IMG/VR virus record: IMGVR_UViG_3300045988_142996
Span: 1 to 64,000 of that record
DNA: 64,000 bases
Source of the DNA: a virus
Direction: 5' to 3' (one strand)
Part shown: positions 42,039 to 50,302 of the stretch, piece by piece
How positions within the stretch are numbered: the first letter of the stretch is position 1
Layout of the letters: each line of letters opens with the position of its first letter
Made by a program: the position numbers and the translations under genes
Notes under the pieces: model-generated
The model's database searches: none
Seen by the model: only the letters and a program-made list of their open reading frames with translations
Told to the model about the DNA's origin: nothing

Positions 42039-42754
42039 CACTTCACTGCACTGCCTTTCCGTGTCTGTTCATCCTCGGGCCAGTACGTGTAAATATCATC
42101 GAAGACCACCGGGATCTTCTTCTGTACCTCTTTCAGCAGCGGGCACATAAGCTCCCGCATCTGAGGATGGGCCGCCACAAGAGTACGCAGTTTGAAGATG
42201 TTGCGCCACTCACGGTAGTTGGCAGTCACCACAATCTCAGTTTTCAGGCACAGCGGCAGCACGCAGCGGGCCTGTTCGGGACGCATACCGAGTGCAATCA
42301 TATCCTTATAAAGGATTTCCGCAGATTCGCAGGAATCAAGCCAAGTGCTGCCAGGCGTATATTCTGCGCTTTCACAGTTCTTGTCAGTGTCGGTCACATC
42401 AATATAAAACGGCCGAATAAAGCTCAGCTCCCCGCCAAACTTTTCCTTCGAGTAGTTGCAGTACCGGGTGCTCTCCTGTGCAAAGCTCGCAATGCGATGC
42501 CGCACCAGCTCATTCGCCACACCACGGTCGCACGTAAACAGCACGCTCAGCTGAGAATGCTCCAGCATAGCCTCATGCCCCTGCTTCACCAGAAAGCCCA
42601 CCAGCTTCTTTGCCGACTCACCGTCCGGCGTGATCTTGTCCTCGCTCTTGTAGCAGACCCGCGCCACTCGCTCGATCTGCTGCAGCTCCTTGATGCCGCC
42701 CTCAGAAATATCAGTGAGGATTTCGTACTTAGGTTCAACGATTTTCATAATCAA
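42038..42754 (-). CDS. thyX: FAD-dependent thymidylate synthase ThyX
   Basis: ThyX motif RHRIASFAQESTRY, with HEAMLEH upstream. Confidence 0.9.
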   Translation of the reverse strand: MIMKIVEPKYEILTDISEGGIKELQQIERVARVCYKSEDKITPDGESAKKLVGFLVKQGHEAMLEHSQLSVLFTCDRGVANELVRHRIASFAQESTRYCNYSKEKFGGELSFIRPFYIDVTDTDKNCESAEYTPGSTWLDSCESAEILYKDMIALGMRPEQARCVLPLCLKTEIVVTANYREWRNIFKLRTLVAAHPQMRELMCPLLKEVQKKIPVVFDDIYTYWPEDEQTRKGSAVK

Positions 42755-43110
42755 TTCTTCTCCTTTTTTGTCAAATAATCAAATGCTTCAGCCTCAAGGC
42801 CGTGCAACCAGCTTTTTTCCTCTGTAAGCCAGCCCAGTACGCCTTTTGCGAGAACCTCAGGCTTCCGTTCGCACAAGCGGCAGGGCCCCATGCACCAGGG
42901 TTCCCCGCAACCGCTTTTCTTGTGCTTTCGGTCAGGCGAAATCGCCCAAGTTTCGCCGTTCCAATAATTTATGATGCCCCCGTAAAATACGGGATCGTTG
43001 ACGGTTGGGTCTGCAGGCACAAAAGCCGACGTGAACCCAGGGATCTTATCAGCCTTGTCAAGACCGAGCAATTCGATTCGCCGAAGGTATTCTTCCTTAG
43101 AAATTCTCAC
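42751..43110 (-). CDS. Hypothetical Cys-rich protein (119 aa)
   Basis: ORF from the track. It contains SGCGEPWCMGPCRLCE. Confidence 0.55.
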   Translation of the reverse strand: MRISKEEYLRRIELLGLDKADKIPGFTSAFVPADPTVNDPVFYGGIINYWNGETWAISPDRKHKKSGCGEPWCMGPCRLCERKPEVLAKGVLGWLTEEKSWLHGLEAEAFDYLTKKEKN

Positions 43111-43161
43111 AGTAAATTTTCCTTTCTTACGTCCAAACTTCTTCTGTAGGATTCCAGCACT

Positions 43162-43305
43162 TCACACCAAAATCCTGAACATCGTAAACCAAATCACCTT
43201 CAGCGTAACCGTAACGATGATCAGCCACGCGCAGATAACTATGGTCATAGCCAGCATATGGCCGAGGAACACTCCGAGCTTCGTCCAAATATCATTCATT
43301 TCCAT
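43162..43305 (-). CDS. Possible small membrane peptide (47 aa)
   Basis: The hydrophobic core is LGVFLGHMLAMTIVICAWLIIVTVTL. The start choice (43305 or 43299) is uncertain. The track ORF extends to 43395. Confidence 0.3.
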   Translation of the reverse strand: MEMNDIWTKLGVFLGHMLAMTIVICAWLIIVTVTLKVIWFTMFRILV

Positions 43306-43492
43306 CAACCCTTTCAAAGCCCGCAAAGTCTCCAAAGCCGATATTCCCATGTTCGCAGTGATGAACCGGTTTATATTTTTCCAATTCAGGTACATGATTT
43401 AGGGCATCTCCTAACCCCACATAGCATAAACCATCATTGAATTTTTCCCCACACAAACTGCATTTGTAGGCTGAAAAATAGAATGTTGTCAC
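43292..43492 (-). CDS. Small Cys/His-rich protein (66 aa)
   Basis: The GTG start lies behind GAGGAGG-N8. It contains CSLCGEKF...HHCEHG. Confidence 0.4.
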   Translation of the reverse strand: MTTFYFSAYKCSLCGEKFNDGLCYVGLGDALNHVPELEKYKPVHHCEHGNIGFGDFAGFERVDGNE

Positions 43493-43698
43493 CCAACACG
43501 CCTCCTCACAGCATCCACCCGGCACTCCGCCGCGTTCAGCTCAAAGATGGCTGCCGTGACGAATTCCGGGTCGCAGTTTTCAAAGTGATTCCGCGCCACC
43601 TCCAGGTCACGCAAAGCCTCTCGCAGCGTGTTAACCGTTGCCGGAATCGGCTCCATGCGGAATATCTTTTTGACATACTCAGCGATTTTTCGCAGCAT
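43489..43698 (-). CDS. Hypothetical protein (69 aa)
   Basis: The start was set at MLRKIAEY behind GGAGGTG. Confidence 0.45.
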   Translation of the reverse strand: MLRKIAEYVKKIFRMEPIPATVNTLREALRDLEVARNHFENCDPEFVTAAIFELNAAECRVDAVRRRVG

Positions 43699-44056
43699 TT
43701 CTACACCTCCACATCTTTGTGACTTGACGAGCCGTGAGCCAGCCCTCAACATCATCATGACCAAGCAGCTGCGCACCCATCACCTCGATAAGCCCCTGCT
43801 CAAAGCCATAGGAACCCCAACCCCAAACACCATCCCAGATACGATTTCCCGAAGCATCATATGCAACAATTTGCTCACCACCATCGTGCCGTCCGCCCGG
43901 AAGAAACTCCTGATTGTCCGGTCTATCCATCTCAGGCCAACGACGTCCATAAGTATGCAGAACCTTAGCGTGCTTCAGCAGAATATCCAGTTTCTGCATC
44001 TCGGTCATGTGGTTCCAAACCCGGAGTTTCCAGGTTTTCTTAGACATGTTTCTCAT
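43679..44056 (-). CDS. Hypothetical protein (125 aa)
   Basis: The start was set at MRNMSKKTWKL behind GAAAGGAAA. The 163-aa track ORF probably over-extends. Confidence 0.45.
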   Translation of the reverse strand: MRNMSKKTWKLRVWNHMTEMQKLDILLKHAKVLHTYGRRWPEMDRPDNQEFLPGGRHDGGEQIVAYDASGNRIWDGVWGWGSYGFEQGLIEVMGAQLLGHDDVEGWLTARQVTKMWRCRNAAKNR

Positions 44057-44204
44057 TTCTGCATTTCCTTTCGTCAGCCTCCATGGTCTTTGCGATTTTA
44101 TGCTGAATATAAAGCACGCAGCCAGCCTGGCTATCACACCCGAATGAAGCCAACAGTCCAGCAATAGCATTCAGAGAGTTCAAATCCTCTTCAGTAAATA
44201 TCAT
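44040..44204 (-). CDS. Possible 54-aa protein (below the ORF-track cutoff)
   Basis: Hand translation gives MIFTEEDLNSLNAIAGLLASFGCDSQAGCVLYIQHKIAKTMEADERKCRNEKHV. It fills the gap after 44212..44439. Confidence 0.35.
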   Translation of the reverse strand: MIFTEEDLNSLNAIAGLLASFGCDSQAGCVLYIQHKIAKTMEADERKCRNEKHV

Positions 44205-44211
44205 TTAGCGT

Positions 44212-44439
44212 TCACTGTTCCTCCTGATACTCTATGATTTTGGTCACTTCACTCTGAACCTGGCGTAAGAAATCACACGCAACCGAACAACCACATTCCC
44301 CCAATGCCTCAGCGATATTGCCCAAACTATCCATATCGGTTCTTGTGAGATTAACTTTAGGAATAACTTCGATGTTCTCTTCTGTGATGAACGGTGTATA
44401 GTCTCCACAATGGCAACATTTAATGTTCATGCGTTGCAT
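44212..44439 (-). CDS. Small Cys-rich protein (75 aa)
   Basis: The start was set at MQRMNIKCCHCG behind GAAGGGAG. Confidence 0.45.
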   Translation of the reverse strand: MQRMNIKCCHCGDYTPFITEENIEVIPKVNLTRTDMDSLGNIAEALGECGCSVACDFLRQVQSEVTKIIEYQEEQ

Positions 44440-44746
44440 ACAAACATCTCCCTTCAATGGTAAAAACAAAGAGCCGCATATTTCTCCACGGCTCGATACC
44501 TTTAGATTTTTTCACCAACTCATCATGTTCCTTTCTTGTGATATACCCATTAAAATAAGCTGAGGTCAGTCCATCCCAACGGCCCTGACGGTGTCCGCTT
44601 TTGTATCCGGCATCCCAAGTGGCCTTCCATTTCTTGTATCCCATCGTGTTAATCTTCAACTTGATGTAATCCACTTCAGCCAGCACCAAGCCAATAGCGG
44701 CACACATACCGACCATTTTGACAACAACTTTAAATGCTTTTTTCAT
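44420..44746 (-). CDS. Membrane-anchored protein (108 aa)
   Basis: N-terminal TM segment MVGMCAAIGLVLAEV. Its 3' end runs through hairpin 44471-44494. Confidence 0.5.
   Translation of the reverse strand: MKKAFKVVVKMVGMCAAIGLVLAEVDYIKLKINTMGYKKWKATWDAGYKSGHRQGRWDGLTSAYFNGYITRKEHDELVKKSKGIEPWRNMRLFVFTIEGRCLYATHEH
44462..44494 (-). terminator. Terminator-like hairpin (dispersed family, variant)
   Basis: Minus strand reads GAGCCGTGGAGAAATATGCGGCTC followed by TTTGTTTTT. Confidence 0.55.
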
Positions 44747-44777
44747 AGTAAATATCTCCTTTCAAATATGAGTTCAC

Positions 44778-44806
44778 CTCATAAAGGAGACTGTTATTTT
44801 CGCGTT
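44778..44806 (-). promoter_or_regulatory. Class-1 promoter-like motif, copy E
   Basis: Minus strand reads AACGCGAAAATAACAGTCTCCTTTATGAGG. It overlaps the stop of 44794..44955. Confidence 0.45.
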
Positions 44807-44955
44807 TTCTCCTCAAACTTCACGGGCTTTACCGTACCCTCCCGTGCATACTCCGTCAGGCACTCGTTGCAAGGCTCGTCCGTCTCCAGCACCTTGAAGT
44901 TCTTGCACTTCGGGCAGTAGGACGCATAATTTACTTCGCGCATCCAGTCATTCAT
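44794..44955 (-). CDS. Possible 53-aa zinc-ribbon protein (below the ORF-track cutoff)
   Basis: ATGA overlap with the stop of 44952..45665. Hand translation gives MNDWMREVNYASYCPKCKNFKVLETDEPCNECLTEYAREGTVKPVKFEEKTRK. Confidence 0.45.
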   Translation of the reverse strand: MNDWMREVNYASYCPKCKNFKVLETDEPCNECLTEYAREGTVKPVKFEEKTRK

Positions 44956-45665
44956 TTTTTCGCCTCCTCAATCGCAAAATGTGCAGTCTTTTCACGGCAG
45001 CAAGGGCACATCGCGATTTTAACGTCGCTTTCATAAAGGTACGGTATATCATCCCATGCCTGCTTGTAAAACTTATGTACGTCGCCGCACTTCAGGCATC
45101 TGGTGCGTACAGCGAGCTTGTCCAACGACTCTTGCTTAACTTCTGTCGAAAACCTATAATCCTCCTCCGGTACCATAGAATATTCACGGCAGTTTGGACA
45201 TTGAATTAAGGCTGTCGGGCATTCGCGCATCAGGTCGTCATATGCACGCTTAGGGTGTGTCTCCCGTGCGCCACAAATTTTGCAAATAAGCGTAACTTTA
45301 GGCTTCACATTTTTATCTTTCCGGGCCTCTTCCACCTTCACCGCAAACCTATCATCCAACTCCGGGTGAGTCTCCCGCTGGTTCAATGCCCAGAGCAGGT
45401 TCCAGCAGGCAGCGCGCAGGTGGTCCTCATCGTTCATACCGACCATGTACTTTGCCAGATGCCGAGAAGCACTGTCCAGAAGCGAATGCAGCGGGATACC
45501 CTTATCCACGTTGTGCTCGCCGTACTTCAGCGCACCTTCCTCGCAGTGCTTGCTGACCTCCATGATGCCATACCAAGGTAAGAGATCCATTCTGCCCTTC
45601 CCTGCATGCATATCACGCTTGGCACCGGTTTCAAATTCGGTGCGGTCTCCAGAATCCTTAATCAT
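44952..45665 (-). CDS. dATP/dGTP pyrophosphohydrolase-like domain (DUF5664 / MazG-like) fused to zinc ribbons
   Basis: DSGDRTEFETGAKRDMHAGKGRMDLLPW...EEGALKYGEHNVDKGIP...SASRHLAKYMVGMNDEDHLRAACWNLLWAL. The C-terminus has CKICG...CPNC...CLKCG...CPCC. Confidence 0.65.
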   Translation of the reverse strand: MIKDSGDRTEFETGAKRDMHAGKGRMDLLPWYGIMEVSKHCEEGALKYGEHNVDKGIPLHSLLDSASRHLAKYMVGMNDEDHLRAACWNLLWALNQRETHPELDDRFAVKVEEARKDKNVKPKVTLICKICGARETHPKRAYDDLMRECPTALIQCPNCREYSMVPEEDYRFSTEVKQESLDKLAVRTRCLKCGDVHKFYKQAWDDIPYLYESDVKIAMCPCCREKTAHFAIEEAKK

Positions 45666-46005
45666 TTTTTAACCCTCCAAAGTTTTTCACAAATTCGTCG
45701 ATGCTTGACGTGGCATCCAAAAGCGCAGCTCCTAAATCTGCGAGTCCTGCGTTTAGGAAATAACCGCTCTTAACAAGGCCTTCGTATCTCAGAGCTACTT
45801 TTTTACCCCGTTTAATTTTTTCTCCCGGAATCATGTAGCGAACATTTGTGCACATGCTCCAGCGCCAGTCCATCATTTTATTGTAATCTGCCCGGTTGTT
45901 CGGAGCGGCACGAAAGAACTTGCTTAACATAACGGTAGTTCCGCCAAAGCCGTTCCTGCGCCTGTAAATCTGCTTCAGATGCTTCTTAGACAGGTTTTTC
46001 ATCAA
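45658..46005 (-). CDS. Hypothetical basic protein (115 aa)
   Basis: ORF from the track, overlapping its neighbours. Confidence 0.5.
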   Translation of the reverse strand: MMKNLSKKHLKQIYRRRNGFGGTTVMLSKFFRAAPNNRADYNKMMDWRWSMCTNVRYMIPGEKIKRGKKVALRYEGLVKSGYFLNAGLADLGAALLDATSSIDEFVKNFGGLKND

Positions 46006-46247
46006 GTAACCTCCAATACCTGCTCCGGCGAATAAATGCCGAAGAAATTATACGCACCAAGCTCCTCCAGTGAGACTCCGATAAAATATCCATCCTTACC
46101 GCAGAATGTCACATAGTCTAAGCCAATTTCCGTTGGATTGCGAAAAATGTACATTTTTAGTGCATTTCCAAATGTTCTATATTCCTTGCACCTGCTTTTC
46201 AGCATCCGGTCGATTCGCTTGATTGTTTTCTTCGATGGGTTGCACAT
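46002..46247 (-). CDS. Hypothetical protein (81 aa)
   Basis: ORF from the track, translationally coupled. Confidence 0.5.
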   Translation of the reverse strand: MCNPSKKTIKRIDRMLKSRCKEYRTFGNALKMYIFRNPTEIGLDYVTFCGKDGYFIGVSLEELGAYNFFGIYSPEQVLEVT

Positions 46248-46462
46248 TACTTGACACGCCCCTTCAAAATATCCATCACCTTCATAATCAGATCGCAGTA
46301 TTCGGTGCCATAGATCTTTGCGTCATTTCCTTCATGATGGCGCTCTTCTTCCTCGAAGTGATCCGCGCAAGGGATTTCGATGTTCTTTTCATCAAGCAAA
46401 TCCTCGAAAGCGTCCACAACTGCATAGGCGAGTTCTCTTTCGATGTCCATTTTAAATTCCAT
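46247..46462 (-). CDS. Hypothetical acidic protein (71 aa)
   Basis: ORF from the track, translationally coupled. Confidence 0.5.
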   Translation of the reverse strand: MEFKMDIERELAYAVVDAFEDLLDEKNIEIPCADHFEEEERHHEGNDAKIYGTEYCDLIMKVMDILKGRVK

Positions 46463-47669
46463 AAAATTTCCTTTCGTTGAACTTTTTCTTTTCCATCAGG
46501 GCTCTGCCGATTGCAAGATCAATACCAGCCCTGCTCTTCAAGTGATAGAAATACAAATCGGTATACGGCGTGTTCAGCCTGTCAATACGCCCAGATGCTT
46601 GCTCCATCACCTTGTAGGAGTAATTTTGGCTGTAAAATATAATGGTGTCCGTCTTGATGCAGTTCCAGCCTTCTGCCCCGGCATTATACTGCACAAGATA
46701 GACCCACTTCTTACCATCCGGTATCGGCTGATGCTTGTGTCCATTCCACTGCGCCACCTCAACATCTTTGTCATATGCCAGATTCAGCAGAATATCCAGC
46801 TCATAGTCAAAGTTGTAGAAGACGATAGCTCGCGGATGTGTCTTGCAAATATCCAGCATTGCATCTGCCCTGCTCGGATCGGTGTTCACAAGTTTGCGCA
46901 GCAGATAACAGAACTCGCTGGCAGTTTCGATTGGCCGGTTCTCATACGGGTTCCAGCGGGATTTGTGAATCTCCTTGTACTTCAGCCGGTCAAAGCCCAC
47001 ATACACTGTCTCATGGTGCTGCACGGTATGCCGCTTGAAGTCCATATCCACCAGAATTCGATCACGCAGCCTGACAAGCCGGGTTGTGTTGATGTATCGA
47101 TCAATTTTCGGGAACTTCGAGAACCGCGAGTAGACGATATGCTCGTTTTTGAACTGTGTCCTATTCTTGTAGAATCCGTTTGCAACGAATACCGGAATAT
47201 AATCTGTCCAGCAATCGCCTGGCGTAGCACTCAGAAGGATCCAGTCATTCTCTTTTGTGATCTTCAAGAATGACTTGACCCACTGTCCATCGCCAACCAC
47301 ACGCTGTTCATCAAATATAAAGAAGGCATCTTTTGCTCCGACATACTTATGAACATTGTTCCAGGAATCGACTACAACTTTGTGCTTATACATCCGCGCG
47401 CTCTCGTCCGTAGTCATCATGAAAGGGATCATCTCTTCTTCCCATTCCAAGGTATCTCGCTTGCGGGCAGTCGTGATGATATACAAATCTTGCGGAGGAT
47501 CATGCATTTTTACATACCGCTTGGTATTCACCCGACCGCCGTTCTTGATATAGTAGTAAGCCAGTCCAGTCCGGCTCTTTCCGCTGCCGACACCACCGCA
47601 CAGAATGCAGCCATTTTTCATTCGGTTGACTGCATCCAGCTGGTAGTCGTAGAGATTTACTCCAGACAA
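46452..47669 (-). CDS. SF2 (SNF2/DEAD-like) helicase
   Basis: Motif I CGGVGSGKS, motif II FIFDEQR, motif III LLSATPG and motif VI QASGRIDR. Confidence 0.75.
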   Translation of the reverse strand: MSGVNLYDYQLDAVNRMKNGCILCGGVGSGKSRTGLAYYYIKNGGRVNTKRYVKMHDPPQDLYIITTARKRDTLEWEEEMIPFMMTTDESARMYKHKVVVDSWNNVHKYVGAKDAFFIFDEQRVVGDGQWVKSFLKITKENDWILLSATPGDCWTDYIPVFVANGFYKNRTQFKNEHIVYSRFSKFPKIDRYINTTRLVRLRDRILVDMDFKRHTVQHHETVYVGFDRLKYKEIHKSRWNPYENRPIETASEFCYLLRKLVNTDPSRADAMLDICKTHPRAIVFYNFDYELDILLNLAYDKDVEVAQWNGHKHQPIPDGKKWVYLVQYNAGAEGWNCIKTDTIIFYSQNYSYKVMEQASGRIDRLNTPYTDLYFYHLKSRAGIDLAIGRALMEKKKFNERKFYGI

Positions 47670-47676
47670 ATATCTT

Positions 47677-47847
47677 TCACCTCAGTTCCATATGCACATG
47701 AATGGAAGCCGGACTACAGCGATTCTCGTATGCCAGCAACGCAATTGTGGCTTCCTCTTCTTCCTCGCCCTCACCGAACAACGTATAGGCAAATAGTTCT
47801 TTTCCGTTATACTCAAAGACCTTCCAAGTGCACCATTTTTCTTTCAT
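47677..47847 (-). CDS. Hypothetical protein (56 aa)
   Basis: The start was set at MKEKWCTW, after terminator 47862-47894 and GGAGG. Confidence 0.4.
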   Translation of the reverse strand: MKEKWCTWKVFEYNGKELFAYTLFGEGEEEEEATIALLAYENRCSPASIHVHMELR

Positions 47848-47861
47848 TTCTGCGCCTCCAT

Positions 47862-47894
47862 AAAAAGAAAGAGCCGCAGATTTCTCCACAGCTC
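47862..47894 (-). terminator. Terminator hairpin (dispersed family, one stem mismatch)
   Basis: Minus strand reads GAGCTGTGGAGAAATCTGCGGCTC followed by TTTCTTTTT. Confidence 0.55.
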
Positions 47895-47903
47895 AATGCC
47901 TTG

Positions 47904-48182
47904 TCAGTAAAGTTGAATGCCTTGTGTTTCCAGTATGTTCTTGAAAATAGCGCAGTTTTCGATTGTGCTCCGATACATACTCGCCTTAAAGTCATTACGC
48001 AGTCCGTGATAATTATCAATCGCGTACACCGTTTCCACGCTGGGATTTCTCATCTTCAGCATGGAAGCCTGATATACGATATTGGTAATCGTAATCTCTT
48101 CCTCAGTAATGAAATGGTAGGCAAGCACCTTGTACATCTTGTCTGCTCCACCAAGTCCATAAATATAAACCTGTCTGGTCAT
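47904..48182 (-). CDS. Hypothetical protein (92 aa)
   Basis: ORF from the track with an RBS AAAGGAGATGG upstream. Confidence 0.55.
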   Translation of the reverse strand: MTRQVYIYGLGGADKMYKVLAYHFITEEEITITNIVYQASMLKMRNPSVETVYAIDNYHGLRNDFKASMYRSTIENCAIFKNILETQGIQLY

Positions 48183-48196
48183 TCAAACCATCTCCT

Positions 48197-48226
48197 TTCA
48201 TAAAAGACTATGATTTTTTCGCGTCA
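48197..48226 (-). promoter_or_regulatory. Class-1 promoter-like motif, copy F
   Basis: Minus strand reads TGACGCGAAAAAATCATAGTCTTTTATGAAAGG. It overlaps the last codons of 48208..48372. Confidence 0.5.
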
Positions 48227-48372
48227 GTAGGGCAATATTTCATCTTGAGCATTGACAGTTCAATGATAGTGTCGATATCTTCCAGCTCGTCTTTCATTGA
48301 AAAAGACTTTCTCAACTTGCCGTTTTCGATCACAATGTTCTGCGCTGCAGTGAGCGCTTCGTAGATAGTCAT
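48208..48372 (-). CDS. Hypothetical protein (54 aa)
   Basis: The start was set at MTIYEALTAAQ, 4 nt after the stop of 48377..48658. The track ORF over-extends to 48510. Confidence 0.4.
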   Translation of the reverse strand: MTIYEALTAAQNIVIENGKLRKSFSMKDELEDIDTIIELSMLKMKYCPTDAKKS

Positions 48373-48376
48373 GTTT

Positions 48377-48658
48377 TCACCCCTCTTCATCATAGAGATT
48401 CGGGCAGAAGCTGGTGTAGAAGTAGATGCTGAAGAGATGCACGCCCTTCTCCATATCCTCATCCACAGCTGCAACCTCTTCGCGGCCAATGAGCTCGTCA
48501 TAGATATCATTGTAGTGCTCCATCAGCCACTCATTGGGCATCTCCGAGAACGCGGCAAGATCATCCTCCACACCGAAAATCCAGTTGCCATAGTTGGTGC
48601 TCTCAGTGCCATGCTCAACCATATAATCCACGATTTCTTTCACTTTCAGTTCGTCCAT
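48377..48658 (-). CDS. Hypothetical acidic protein (93 aa)
   Basis: ORF from the track with an RBS AAGGAGAAAAC upstream. Confidence 0.55.
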   Translation of the reverse strand: MDELKVKEIVDYMVEHGTESTNYGNWIFGVEDDLAAFSEMPNEWLMEHYNDIYDELIGREEVAAVDEDMEKGVHLFSIYFYTSFCPNLYDEEG

Positions 48659-48699
48659 AATGTTTTCTCCTTACATTATTATAATAGGGCTCTCGCCCA

Positions 48700-48778
48700 T
48701 GGTGGGTCAGGCAGGATTTGAACCCGCGATCAAGCAGTTATGAGCTGCCAGCTTTTAACCCGGCTAAGCTACTGACCC
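48700..48778 (-). tRNA. tRNA with anticodon CAT (Met, or Ile2 if lysidine-modified), with an encoded CCA
   Basis: Folded by hand: GGGTCAG-TA-GCTT-AGCCGGGTTAA-AAGC-T-GGCAG-CTCATAA-CTGCT-TGATC-GCGGG-TTCAAAT-CCTGC-CTGACCC-A-CCA. The acceptor stem is a perfect 7 bp and the T-loop is GGTTCAAATCC. The anticodon stem lacks the three G:C pairs of initiator tRNAs. Confidence 0.85.
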
Positions 48779-48816
48779 AAATAAAAAGAGAGCCTGCGCT
48801 ACACCGCAAGCTCTCT
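48779..48816 (-). terminator. Terminator hairpin abutting the tRNA 5' end
   Basis: Minus strand reads AGAGAGC-N16-GCTCTCT followed by TTTTTATTT, then the tRNA begins. Confidence 0.55.
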
Positions 48817-48924
48817 CGAAAATATAAAACCGAGCCGTCACCTCAGAGAACGCCATTTGCGACGTGGGCACTCACCGTCTGGAGCATTCAACCGAGGACC
48901 GACCCCGGCACTCGGAAATATCAA

Positions 48925-49287
48925 TTAGACAAAGCGCTTCATACGCTTCTTAACAACATCAGGCGCGACATAGGCAATGTCAACCAGATACTGCGGAATG
49001 TTATAGGTCTTTGCCGTGTAGTTCTCGACGATGCAGCCATCGAACTCCTTGTCCTTATCATAGATACCGATAAATGCATCCGCATCGGCCATCTTCTTGA
49101 CGGACTCTCCCAGATACCACAGGCGCTGGCTTGCACATTCGGGAGCATCCTCTTCGATAAAAGTCGGGATAACCTCGAACTCCGTATCGAAAACAGCTTC
49201 CGCGATTCTGTGCATCTGCTCCATCGTTGCTTTGATTTCTGCATCCGAGCGACCGCGCATCGGGCAGCTGATAAACAGTTTTTCCAT
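48925..49287 (-). CDS. DUF4406 / nucleoside 2-deoxyribosyltransferase-like protein
   Basis: KLFISCPMRGRSDAEI...WYLGESVKKMADADAFIG resembles the DUF4406 pattern (ISGPM.G ... AD). Confidence 0.4.
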   Translation of the reverse strand: MEKLFISCPMRGRSDAEIKATMEQMHRIAEAVFDTEFEVIPTFIEEDAPECASQRLWYLGESVKKMADADAFIGIYDKDKEFDGCIVENYTAKTYNIPQYLVDIAYVAPDVVKKRMKRFV

Positions 49288-49296
49288 GTATCCTCC

Positions 49297-49830
49297 TTAG
49301 AACGGCATATCGTTCGGGTCGTTGGGCTCGGCCATATCTGCGTCTGGTGCTGCATTCACATGTGCATAACGCTCTGCGTAAGGATCCGGGTCGGCATCCT
49401 GCTCAACGTACATCACATCGGCGTACAGGGTGAACTCGCCAGGAGCGTTGCGTTTCTCAACAAGGTTTGCCTGACAGCAGACATTTTTGACACGAATGAA
49501 GTCCAGCTGACCGATAGTTTCAGGTGTGCACAGCAGACGCTTACCCTGCAGAGTGATCCAGTAGACGTGCGGCGGCCACTTGGAGTCCATGTTGACCGTG
49601 ACGGGAACATAGTAGGTAGGCGTAAAGCCGTCGTCATAGGTACGTTCCGGATTCGGATGGGTCTCCTTGACGTTGATGCCCATCGCCCGCATATCCATGG
49701 CCTGCTCGACCGTGGGAATCACGATATTGACCCGGCGCTTGTCCGAGCCAAAGCGGTCCCGGGTGGGGTCACCGGAGAAGTTGGTATCGAAAATGAAACG
49801 GGTATCGTCAATGTTAACCTTCTGACGCAT
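49297..49830 (-). CDS. Single-stranded DNA-binding protein (gp2.5/DUF2815-like) with an acidic C-terminal tail
   Basis: The C-terminus ...DADMAEPNDPNDMPF is the hallmark acidic D-x-P-F SSB tail. It lies in the replication module. Confidence 0.55.
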   Translation of the reverse strand: MRQKVNIDDTRFIFDTNFSGDPTRDRFGSDKRRVNIVIPTVEQAMDMRAMGINVKETHPNPERTYDDGFTPTYYVPVTVNMDSKWPPHVYWITLQGKRLLCTPETIGQLDFIRVKNVCCQANLVEKRNAPGEFTLYADVMYVEQDADPDPYAERYAHVNAAPDADMAEPNDPNDMPF

Positions 49831-49873
49831 AAATATAAGTCTCCTTACTTATTTATAATGTGTGTTTTGCCTT

Positions 49874-50302
49874 TTACTCTCCGCGCTCAGCTTTGCTGGC
49901 GACAATATGGGCAAGCTCATGCACGGTCTTGGTCGCGATTGCTGCCTCCTTCTTTTTCTTCTTGGGGTACTGCTTGAAAACCTTATGGAAGTGGTTGTCA
50001 TTGCCCGCCATCTTCTTCACGATGGCCATGGCGAGACCTTTCTCCATATCGTAGCTGTCTTCCGGGCCGCACTTCACAACGGTCTTGGTGCCATCTGACC
50101 ACAGAACAATGGTTGCTGGGTCATTGAAGATGACCTTGCGGATGCTGACACGGCACATGCCGAACAGCACGATATCATTCTTCTTGGCCAGTTCCGTGGA
50201 CTGGCGGCCATAGTCAACCGCCATTGCGATTGTTCTGTCATTTACAAACATCGCCGTGGACAGATCATTGCACATATTCCAATTCCAGTAATTCTTTCTC
50301 AT
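49874..50302 (-). CDS. Hypothetical protein (142 aa)
   Basis: ORF from the track. It contains VIFNDPATIVLWSDGTKTVVKC...EKGLAMAIVKK, a motif remembered from Firmicute phages but not named here. Confidence 0.55.
   Translation of the reverse strand: MRKNYWNWNMCNDLSTAMFVNDRTIAMAVDYGRQSTELAKKNDIVLFGMCRVSIRKVIFNDPATIVLWSDGTKTVVKCGPEDSYDMEKGLAMAIVKKMAGNDNHFHKVFKQYPKKKKKEAAIATKTVHELAHIVASKAERGE

Noticed and set aside
43679-44170. 163-aa track ORF as a single gene
   Set aside because: No RBS lies near its first ATG. A 54-aa ORF in another frame (44040..44204) follows the upstream stop by 7 nt. A GAAAGGAAA RBS also precedes an internal Met (44056). The region was therefore split into two genes, at modest confidence.
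44952-45665. Z-genome (2-aminoadenine) pathway implied by the DUF5664/MazZ-like domain
   Set aside because: No PurZ (adenylosuccinate-synthetase-like) or DatZ (HD dATPase) homolog is visible among the ORF translations. The idea is kept only as a generic nucleotide-pool hypothesis.
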